From the NCBI GenBank assembly GCA_964658305.1, contig OZ210885.1, forward strand, positions 5,270,001-5,334,000: a stretch of DNA of 64,000 nucleotides, in the 5' to 3' direction. The notes beneath the pieces were generated by a model. It did not search any database, was not told the origin of the DNA, and was given only the letters and a program-made list of their open reading frames with translations. Within the stretch, counting starts at the first letter, position 1, and each line of letters begins with the position of its first letter. Made by a program: the position numbers and the translations under genes. Of the stretch, positions 24,901 through 36,174 are shown in pieces. The DNA is from Leptogorgia sarmentosa. Taxonomy: Eukaryota.

Positions 24901-27900
24901 CTATTTTTCAGCATGTATATACATTGTGTTATTACCTGGAATGGTGGTTCTGGGAAGTGGTGGTACTGTGAGGTCGAATTCGTCTTCCTCAAACCCTTCA
25001 TCCAAACCATCACCAGACTCGGTTTCTTCAAATTGGTCCGGTTTATCAGGGTCGTCAGATTCCAGGGACAACCATTTCTTTCCAGTTTGGGAATATAAAT
25101 ATTCCACACCAAACTTCTCCCCTGAATTAGAGAGGTCCAATTTTAGCTAACCTGATCCCTGACTCTCTTTGTGGCCTCGGTCGGCTTAGTCGGCTTAAAG
25201 GCCAAGTCATACAGGTAGAAATTTTATCTATAACTTACATTTTCTCCCAGTAATTGAGGCCCAAAATACCCTTTATCCTTACTTCGCCTGACATTTTCTG
25301 CGACTTGCTTTCCTCTGTCAGAACTAGCCCACGGAAGTTCACCAATTTCTTTATTTTTATATCTAAATTTTGGCTTCAGTGCTTCGCTAGCTTTCTACCC
25401 AACAAAAGACGAGAACAATTATCGATAAGTTCTCACAAAGCAATATTATTGTTCAGTCATAAGTAGTAAGTATTTATAGAGTTTATATGGTGAAATACTC
25501 CGGATGTAAATGAGTAAATTTGCATTTTAAAATCACATTTGCATACCTTTGAAGAAGCCATCTTGAAAAAAAAATGCGTGTGGAGCAGTACACGCGGTTT
25601 CCACGCGAGGCAATGTTAGAACAATGCTCGCTTGTGATTGGTCAAGCGATGTTCCAACATTTACAATCCCTGAATGCTGATTGGACAACGCACGTTCCAA
25701 CATTTGCAATCCCTGAATGCTGATTGGACAACGCACGTTCCAACATTTACAATCCCTGAATGCTGATTGGACAACGCACGTTCCAACATTTGCAATCCCT
25801 GAACGCTGATTGGACAACGCACGTTCCAACATTGTTCCAACATTTGCAATCCCTCAATGCTGATTGGACGACGCACGTTCCAACATTGTTCCAACATTAC
25901 GCAAATAGTATTATGTAAATATTTTCATGTAAAATCACCTTCCCTCGATTATAAACAAGTACAATCATCTATGATAAGTCGTTGACATTTAATGATATTT
26001 TCCACCGAAAATAAAGGAATGAATCGATGAAATAATTTAAAAAAAACATAAAGAACGTGAAAATTTCACTCCTCGAATATCCGCCATCTTGGATTCCCAA
26101 TATTCCAAAATTTACTAGTTCCAAGCCCCTGACATGGTGACCGAGCGTCCCAAAATCCCAATGTTCCAATATCCCAATGTTCCGCCCCAAGATGGGGCGC
26201 AATCTTCTCTGTTGAGGAACACCCGCAGGAGGAGGAAGAAAGGTGTTTCCCTGCGGTCGGGGATTCCCCAAAACGCGCGCGTAATTTGAATTATAACGTG
26301 ACGAATACTAGTGAATGACACCTTGCACTGCGTTTGATGCCACCGTTTCCACGACATCGTTCTATAGTGTATTCAAATTTAATAATTATAATATATACAG
26401 ACTATTTACACGTGACAATCACTTGCCCTTGCGTTTGTACTTGTCGCCAAACTGTTCCCGCCATTGTTCGTAAGTACCACCCATGGATGGACAGTACCAA
26501 TTTCCAAAGTACTGCCTGTGACCGGCAGCTCCCCTCTCCTGACCGCATTTGTGGCATGTCGTGGGCGCAGTTCTCTCCTTGTACCGCCTGGGCGCTTCAC
26601 CAGCTAATGCTTCCGCGTGTTTCCTCTTCCTGTAGCTCTGCGTGCTTTTGGGAATGCGCGAGGAAGTTGAAGTTGGAACGGTGGGGGGATGCATAGATGA
26701 CGGGAGTGGTTGCATCTGTAGTGGTACCGGTGTGGGTAACTGCGATGGTGTGGTGCGGCTACGCGCTTGACCTTGCGTGTTTTTAGGTAGGATAAATGGG
26801 TGAGGCGTTCGGATGGTTGGGACGGGAAGCAGTGTCGGTTGCAGAGGCACAGCTGCAGGTAGTGGCTCAGACGTGGTTACTGTTTCGACGGGAGGAAGAC
26901 CTTGCTCTAAAACGTCCCTCTCTTGTTGCTTGCACCGATCACTATGCCTATTAAGACAGGAACACATTGAGCATTATGCTTATAAATGTTCACATTGTTT
27001 GTTTGCTATTACATACCATCTCGTCAGCGTCGCTTGGTTTATCTCCACCAACTGGATGTTTGTGCGTTCCATCACCAACCTGTTGCTCAATACCACATCT
27101 CTTATTTTTTTGTAGGCCTTGCCAATAAGAGTCCATCGAAGGATAGTTTTGCCATTTATCTTCTTGTTGGCCGGATACTTTTGGCACAACATAATCATTA
27201 GCGACTCCATATACCTGTTGCAGTCTGGTCGCTGTGCAGGGCCACTGTTTTGACCAAGGAAACATCTTAAAAAAGACAAACGGTAATGTTGAGAGTACAG
27301 TTCGAGTAATAATTATGACCATCGAATTCCAATTATTACTATTACCGTTTCGTGCTATCAACACCAGGGACGATAGAAGACGATTTCGATTGTTTAAACC
27401 TGCCCTGTGTCAACCTCGTCTTGTGTCGCGGTGAGAATGTCACCGCTTTTTTATCGTATGGCGACAACTTCGACCAGAGTTCGATCAACAGCCGAGCTTG
27501 TCCATTTTTTAAGGAAGAACAAGTCTCTAGCTGTAGAAGGAACTCTGCTAAAGCGGTAACACTCCCATAGCCTTCTCGTCCATCCGGTCCAACGGATTCC
27601 TGTAAAGTAAGAGAGCAATGTTTCGTAAATCAAAACTTATAATATTATTGAAGAGGGGTTTTTAGTACAATATTTACCTCATCTGGGTCCAAAGTCGGGT
27701 TTTCTTCTGGATTTTGCCGATGCGGTTCTGGTTCGACGGGGAAGATGGTCTGATCAATAACTTCTGTTTCCTAAATAGAGGTACATCACATTTAGTAAAA
27801 TTAAAATTAAAATAAAGATACTTATGCGGCGACGTCATACATGGAATCCTTCGTCGGTGTCTTCATCCTCTTCTTCTTCTTTTTCATCTTCCTCGTCTAC

Positions 27901-30900
27901 CTCCTGAAGCACCTTTCCTGTCTGCGAGTACAGGTACTCAATCCTGATTTTCTCCCCTAAAACAAACAATTAATTTCACAAGTCATTGTTTGCTGTTTTA
28001 TGTAAACAATTACATTTGGTAGTCACGCGAAAAAATCTTTTGGAAAATGGCTATATTGTTAGGTGTTTTAAGTATTAAATTAGAATTAATCTATCACAAA
28101 TATTTACCTGTATATTTGTTCGGCACAGCGTTACTAGAATTAATAGTTTTGCCAAGAACCTCTTCGCCGAGCTTATTGGCGGCCATCACCAAACGACTGT
28201 CGTACGTCGCGGTACCAGTGCCAAGAACCGACGCAGCACGATCTTGGTTCCACCGCGCCAACCCTTCCAACAAGTACGCTTGAAAATGTACGTCGTTCGC
28301 ACTGAATCCTTAAAAGAACAAAAGTACAATAGATTCGTGCCAACAAGTGTAACGCAGCATTATTTCTGCATTATTTTTTTACCTGGAATGAATTTTGGCC
28401 GTAATATTGAGAGTGCCAGTCTCTTTAGTCTGTGGTTTTCCACACTTTTTACACGTATATGCTAGCCGCACTTTTTTGGGAGTTGGGTCTCCTCGTTCCT
28501 GTGCGGCTGACGCTTCCTTGGCCAAAGCTTCCGCGCGTCGCCTTCTCCATGCTGTGGTTCTAGGCACTGGAAGTGAATATCAATTTGTTATTATACTTTT
28601 GCAGAAATTGTGCTTGATGAAATGTGACATACTTACAATTTGATGCAGTCTTCCGCTTCTCGACAATCACAACTTCTGGCTCGTCCATAACAGAAGATGG
28701 CAAACTGGTCGAAGATGATGCTGCAGATGATGCTGCCTCTGATGATTGTGGTGGCTGGGGCGTTGGAACTTGTTTTTCCAATTGCAGAGATTGCAACAGT
28801 GGTTCTTGTGCAGCCAGAGGTGGTGCTGGAATGGACAGGCCTTGCAACAAAAGATTGACCTCGTCCATTCGGGCTTTGTTCTTGTACCTGTGAACAGTGG
28901 CAGTATTTACATGAACAAAATAATCATGACAAAAACTGCAACTCCCACGGATTGGTCACTAACCATTTGGAAATTGTTGTTTCGTTTAGTGGAAACAGTT
29001 GAAACTGAGTCTCCTTGCAGAGGCGACTGTTGATCACAGTATTCCTTAGGGAATTGTACCTTCCACTTAGAAAGGTAAGAGCACTACCTTCCACTTAGAA
29101 AGGTAGGGGCTCTCAGGTCCTTTTGCCCTTTGTTCTACTGCTTCCCCAGTCAATCGTAGGATGATTGCCTCTTCAAGTCTGCTCTTAGAAGGGCATCTTG
29201 CCACTTGTCCACCAGTAACAAATGTTCTAAAATGTACAATAATTATAAACTAAATTGTTATTTTCTAAACCAAAATTGTTGTTGTTGCTTTCCCCCATTG
29301 TTAGTTATTTTATACCTTGTCATTGGCTCGGTGCCAATGTGACCAGAGGCTTTTTTCTTCAGGAATCTCCCCTTTGATTTCTTGAATGTTGGTGTAAATA
29401 TCAAGGCTTTCTTATCGTAGTCTTCCAGGTTATGATAAAGCCTGGCAATCTCTGTTGCCTGCTTGTTGGTGACATGGCCGTCCAAGGCCAACAGAGCGGT
29501 GGCTAGTTTGCTGACCTTATCCCAACCTGGAATTCCCAAGGCATCTACGGCCTCTTCTTCATCTTCCTGTTGTCAAATAACAAACATGTCAAATACAATT
29601 AATGGGATTATAATAATTAATCCTCCAATTATACTTGATTGTTATGTTGATTACCTCGTTGCCGCTGTCACTGTCCTCTGGCATGGCCACAGTTTCATCG
29701 ACCACCATCTCATCTTCCAGGAACTCCTCATCCTCCACTTCGAAATCTCCGAATGCCTCGTCAATTTCTCTGTCAAGCTCTTGAGGCTCACCGGGAAAAT
29801 CTCCATTCTGTGAACGGAGATATGACATCCCGATGAGCTATCCTGTGGGTGCTGGTGGAGTGCAAAAGCTTGGCAGAGCAGGCTGGTTGTGCACGGCAGA
29901 TGACAGTGTGTTGAGCCGATGTTGTAAGGAGATGTTGAAACTTCTTGGGATGGAGCTCCCCTTCTCCTTGTGATCTGCTGATCGCTGCAGATTCCAGCGG
30001 GCCAGCCCCTCTACCAGGTATGCCTGGAATGTTACGCCACTTGCTGATGTTCCTGTTGGTAAAAATGTGAACATTTTAACATTTTTTAAAAATAGATTTT
30101 GTTTTTATAGATTTTATATTGTACTAATGAATGAAAAAATTATAAGGAGTTGCAAACAGGAGACATCCAGGACTTGCACCTGTAAGTGACAAGCTTAATA
30201 TGTCTGTCTCTGATCGTTCTGAACTGATTGCACTCCATCTATATTAAATCGTCCATATTATGTTACCTGGAATGAACCTCGCTAGATGCAAATGGAAGCT
30301 TTCTAGCGACGTAGTTCCATGTGCACATCTGTAGACAGGCAGACTTTTGCCTCCTTTTGTTAGCTTGCCAACCTCTGTATATAGGGGCACATCAGGGGGA
30401 TCTTGGATGCAGGGAATGTGTTTCCTTTGCTCTGGCCAAATCTCCTCCAGCATCTCCTCCCGGAACAAGGGGACTCCGAGCACATCTGTTGTTGTTGCCA
30501 TGGTGTTAAATATTGGTGTACCGAGGTCGAGCTGGCTTTACCTCAAGCAACATTGCTCTGTTGCCTATTTGCGATGGCAGATCTCATTTTTGGGAAACGT
30601 TGGGAATAGTCTAACAACAGGAAAAGTATTCCTTTCAAAAGTTGATTGAAGAAAGTAATGCAGAACAACCAACAAACATGATTGTACAACAAGAAATGCT
30701 CTAACAGAATTTGAAAAAATACCTATAAAGGGCCTCCTTGTTGTCCCACTGAGGATCCCCCACACGCTGTGAAGTTTGGCGCATCTTCTCATGGTCTGCC
30801 ATCAACATGACAGCATATCCTACATCATTCTCCAGCAACCAAAGCAAGGTTTTGCTTCGGTATTTGCTGAATTGTAGTGCTGTCATGAACAGCAGCCATT

Positions 30901-31440
30901 CTCTGTTACTCACATCCCCGCCAGCACTTCTCACTCCCCCTTTCGCTTCATAAAAATGCCTATAAAATGGCCGTATATTAGAAAAATTAAGCCCAATCTT
31001 TCACAAATTTCAAAATACTTATTAAATACTGTGACTGATCATGACGCACATGTTCACTTTAAGTGTTACTTCGACTAAATTTAAGCAGCAGAAAAAAACG
31101 TAACAAACTCACTTGTTGTCCAGACAGTTGATCCGGAAAATTCGCTTTATGTTTGTTTACATTAGCTGCCACCTGCTTTCACCTATCTGTGCAGGCCCAC
31201 AACAGTTCGTTGTCGTTTTTCAAGCGGAACTTCGGTGGAATGGGAGTGCGAAATTCCTACAACGAATATAGATGGAAATTATTCGCTCAAATACACTTTC
31301 CCGTTTTGAGTGTGTTCTGATAAGGTTACAGACTGATATTGGCATAAAATATTAACATATTCAAATCATTAATATGGAAATAAAGACGGAAAAAATTTAA
31401 ATACCTTGGCTACATTCTTCGACGACGACGAAGACGCCAT
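21950..31440 (-). pseudogene. Minus-strand series of internally deleted, intron-containing DUF6729-type transposase paralogues
   Basis: ATG exon at 31440 (MASSSSSKNVAK|gt), then LQFSKYRSKTLLWLLENDVGY and YRCAHGTTSLESFHLHLARFIPG (30500-30267). Paralogue A C-terminal exons run to ~28395, paralogue D 28395-26419, paralogue C ~25240-24150, and a DUF6729-like exon lies at 22550-21950. Stops and frameshifts are present. Confidence 0.72.
25651..25898. repeat. 43-bp tandem repeat x5 (GTTCCAACATTTRCAATCCCTGAATGCTGATTGGACAACGCAC)
   Basis: Units start at 25651, 25694, 25737, 25780 and 25834; each has an ATTGG (CCAAT) box. Confidence 0.9.
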
Positions 31441-31481
31441 TTTGAATTTCCGACCACGCTAATTTTAGATCAATTCTAGAC

Positions 31482-34199
31482 CACTGAGCTATAAGAATAC
31501 TGGAGGAAGCGCACGTACCTTTTTTCTGATAAAAAAGTGAAGCCAAAATAATGGCTGATTACGCCATTTTCTGACGCCATCTCCATGACAACTGGTCCGA
31601 AAACCTCACAGAATTACCGCTGACCAACCGCGATCCTAGGCATTTAACAGAGTCATTCACCCTCCCGAAAGTATTTTGATTTTTCTGCTTTTGTTATCAA
31701 ATAACACTGCCGAAAAGGGCTCAAAGTTACTGGTATTACTGTTTTTATACTGGTATTTGGATCACACTATCATAGAAAATACTGCATCTACCGATAAGAA
31801 TCTATAAAACGTTTTTCGGGGCCTCCGAGTTTGGCACCTTTTTTACAAGCCTGCTGGTCATAGGATTTCGAATTTCCCATCAACAAGCGAAAGTTTACCT
31901 GAAGACAAAACAGTATTCAGTTATGCACTTTATATAATACTCTAGTTAGTGCAACACTCGTTCATTGTTTGTGTTGTGGTACCATTTTCAGTACTCTTTT
32001 AACAGTGACACCTGGACAGGTTTTAATTTTGAAATACATTATGCTGCAATGGGCACTGATGCACCATAAAATATCTACAAAATTATTGGAAAGATTGATT
32101 TTGGAACTGGAAACTGAGAGGCTGTCTGCAAACTTGTCTAGCTGTATAATTTAGACACACTGAGGTTACAAGGCATGGCCACATAAATGTGACCTCTTAG
32201 TCAAAATGTGACACAAATAAATATTGTAAACTTCTGTGAGAGCAATGAGTATTTCTCACATAGGGCAATGCAAGATGAATATGGACAACAGCTTTGAATT
32301 TTGAAGATTTATGGTGAATTGGTTTCTTAAAGATAAACCACTTTTAGAGACCTGGATACATGGGCCTTATTATTCTTTATTATAAATCATTGTATGAAGA
32401 ATTTTAATTGCAATTATAGCACATCAATTATTATGTATGTTTAATTTTGGAGATGTTGATTTCTTCCTTGATTCACTGTGGATAAATTTTGCAATAAAGA
32501 AGAATGAATTTGCAAAAACTATGAGAATATACAGTAGATATTTTATATATTAGGGGCTGTTTATATTTTGCAGCCTACTTGATAAGATTTTGCACTTCAG
32601 ACAAATAGGACTTTGGACAAAATAACAGATTCAATCCCTTCCTTTTAAAACAGTTTTCAACAGTGCTTTGCTCAAGCTACAATATGCCAAATCTGATGCC
32701 AGATGACTTTACATAATAGTTAAGTTAGTGGTTACAGGGTAATTCATCATCTTTTTTGCCCATTAAATCATTCAATTTGGTATAACAATATGACTAAAAT
32801 CTTCTACATGCTGGAATCCCTCAAGGATTATAAGAATCCCTGGGGCCATGATATGCCAATCAATTCAAAATCTACCCATGCAATCCACTCCAGACCAACA
32901 AAGGGATGAGATTTAGGATAACATATAGCAGGACTTATTTGTATCATAATGACAAATATATTAGGAAAGCAACTTAATTTCCAATATTTTTACATGATAA
33001 AATAGCAAGCTGCTATCAATAGTTAAATACTGCTGTGAACAGAGCTCATAAGACAATTCCACTATTGAAGGTTTAGTGCTCAAATAATTTACAAAAAGGA
33101 CTAGTATGTTTTGAAATTTCACGGTGTGACTTCGAAATATAGAATAAGATGTTGTCTTTTTCAAATTTCGTGAGGTTTTAACACTTTTTTTGACATTCAC
33201 TATTTATAATAGAATATACAACATATCTTACTTTCAGTCCTTTGAGCAAATTTATCGCTAAATAAATAAAATGCCTAAATATGTCGAAAAAAACTGAAAA
33301 AAACACTGCAAAACTGAAGTTTTTATAAAAAAACCAGGGGGGTGTGGAAACGTAGCGGGCTCATAAATCGAGCCCTGGTAAGCGGTAATTCTGTGAGGTT
33401 TTCGGACCAGTTGTCATGGAGATGGCGTCAGCAAATGACGAATTTTTGGCTTCACTTTTTGTTCGTGTCACTGAGCTAAAGAAATACTGGAGAGAGTGCA
33501 CGGCATCAAAAAGTGAAGCCAAAATTATGGCGTGGATTCATGCTTGCCACGCCAGATCCACGCCACTGGTTCCTAATTTTCATTGGAGCACCACTGACCA
33601 CAACTAACTTTGAGCCCACTAAAGACTTGTTTTGGCCAAAATATTTTGGTTTTTGCAAAGGATTTTTCGGTTTTTCTTCCTTTTTTGACATTCTGATATC
33701 ATTTGCTGCCTTCAAGACGACTGAAGAAGTGGCGACATCCATTCTAGCTAGTTAAAAATTAAGCTACACAGATATTCAGAGCTCGAAAATCTCATTTGAA
33801 ACTTGAAAGGTAGTCTTTATAGAAAATATTTTATTCAATTTTTTGCATAAAAAAGGGATTACATTTACCTTTTTGGTTGAAAAAACTCTGCTTTTTTTAT
33901 AAGGATTGCGAAACCGTTTCAGCCGTGCAAAAATTCGGCCTTTTCGTCTTGATTTTTTCAATATAAAAACAAAATTTCGGCTTTTTTTTACAAAAACATC
34001 GTCGGTCGGAAACATGAGACCGCTGTTGGTCAGTGGAAATTATGTGAGAAATAGGAACCAGTGGCGTCAGCAACGGTAAAATCCGCCATGTTTTTGGCTT
34101 CACTCCTTTGTATGGAAAAAGTCGAGTGCACTCTCTCCAGTAATATTATATCTCAGTGGTTCGTGTGCGCTTCCTCCAGTAATTTAGTATAGCTCAGTG
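31482..34199. mobile_element. Non-autonomous DNA transposon with CACTGAG termini and ~140-bp imperfect TIRs, 8-bp TSD TTCTAGAC (hAT/P-like)
   Basis: CACTGAGCTATAAGAATACTGGAGGAAGCGCAC matches GTGCGCTTCCTCCAGTAATTTAGTATAGCTCAGTG inverted; 31536-31621 is the inverse of 33381-33455; TSD at 31474-31481 and 34200-34207. Confidence 0.88.
33469..34158. mobile_element. Related CACTGAG-ended element nested in the right TIR of the previous one, 8-bp TSD GTTCGTGT
   Basis: TSD at 33461-33468 and 34159-34166; TIR core TACTGGAGAGAGTGCAC / GTGCACTCTCTCCAGTA. Confidence 0.88.
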
Positions 34200-34678
34200 T
34201 TCTAGACTAAATGTTAGATCAAAGTTAGAACAATACGCGCGTGTGATTGGCTAGAGAGTTCTAACATTTGGACCATACTCAAATCTCATTGGATGAGACT
34301 GTTCTTAAATTGATCTAAAAATGGCTCTAACATTGAGATTCTTTAAGCGCAAGGATGACACGCAAATTCGTAAAGCGTTCCACATTTTTTCATTCCTTTT
34401 GGCTCATCGGTTGTTGGTGGAGAGCCACTGGTTCGTTTCCTTCACGCAAGGTGCGCGCGCAGCCAACTCGCGATCGAAATCATGGGTGAAATGACGACGA
34501 GTTGTCTCCCTCTTCCATATATGCACCCCTATTTGCTGGCGCACCCTACCTCCTCCGCAGGCCTTTCGATGCGGGCGGGATGCGGGCCGCTGACAAGGCG
34601 CTGATACCTGCAAGCTTTTTCCGCCCGTGACTATGGGCCCGCACACCCGATCCTGCGCCCGTTCATAATTTTTTTTTT

Positions 34679-34762
34679 TATTTAAAAATAAAAAATAATT
34701 TATTTTTTTTTTAGTGAGATTTACAATTGTATATATCTATAAATGTTCTATTAATAAAGTTT

Positions 34763-34812
<50 letters not shown>

Positions 34813-35125
34813 ATAAAAAATAAACAGAAAATATTGAAAAAAAATTGAAAATAACCAGAAAATGTTCCATATCAAACGAATGACGACGATTGCAATCAGA
34901 ACAACATATTATATATTTTGTTGTCGGAATAAAGAGTGGACAAATCCGGAATTATTGACTTTTTAAATGTTTATATTTCTTATTTGTTATTTGTTATATT
35001 GTTGTACGTCCATTATATAACATTGTAGTTCAATAATTGATTCAAGTAGCGGATTGTAAATTACCTGACATAAGTGAGATTTACAATTTTATATGTATAC
35101 TAAAAAAGTTTATTAATAAAGTTTC

Positions 35126-35190
<65 letters not shown>

Positions 35191-35495
35191 GGGTTAGGGT
35201 TAGGGTTAGGGTTAGGGTTAGGGTTAAATCTCACTTATGTCAGGTAATTTACAATCCGCTACTTGAATCAATTATTGAACTACAATGTTATATAATGGAC
35301 GTACAACAATATAACAAATAACAAATAAGAAATATAAACATTTAAAAAGTCAATAATTCCGGATTTGTCCACTCTTTATTCCGACAACAAAATATATAAT
35401 ATGTTGTTCTGATTGCAATCGTCGTCATTCGTTTGATATGGAACATTTTCTGGTTATTTTCAATTTTTTTTCAATATTTTCTGTTTATTTTTTAT

Positions 35496-35548
<53 letters not shown>

Positions 35549-35632
35549 AAACTTTATTAATAGAACATTTATAGATATATACAATTGTAAATCTCACTAA
35601 AAAAAAAAAAAAAAATTTTTTATTTTTAAATA
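34679..35632. repeat. Fold-back palindrome of retrotransposon 3' ends (arms 34679-35083 and 35225-35632)
   Basis: The right arm is the near-exact reverse complement of the left; the ~140-nt loop holds the 3' UTR end, (ATT)n and (TTAGGG)6. Confidence 0.92.
35188..35226 (+). repeat. Interstitial telomeric repeat (TTAGGG)6 TTA
   Basis: Six perfect units directly continuous with the (ATT)n tract starting at 35127. Confidence 0.95.
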
Positions 35633-35633
35633 T

Positions 35634-36169
<536 letters not shown>

Positions 36170-36174
36170 TAAAT

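Noticed and set aside
25651..25898. Second CRISPR-like repeat
   Set aside because: Contiguous 43-bp units with no unique spacers.
31640..33380. Transposase or peptidase ORF inside the CACTGAG element
   Set aside because: No sustained ORF or convincing motif by eye.
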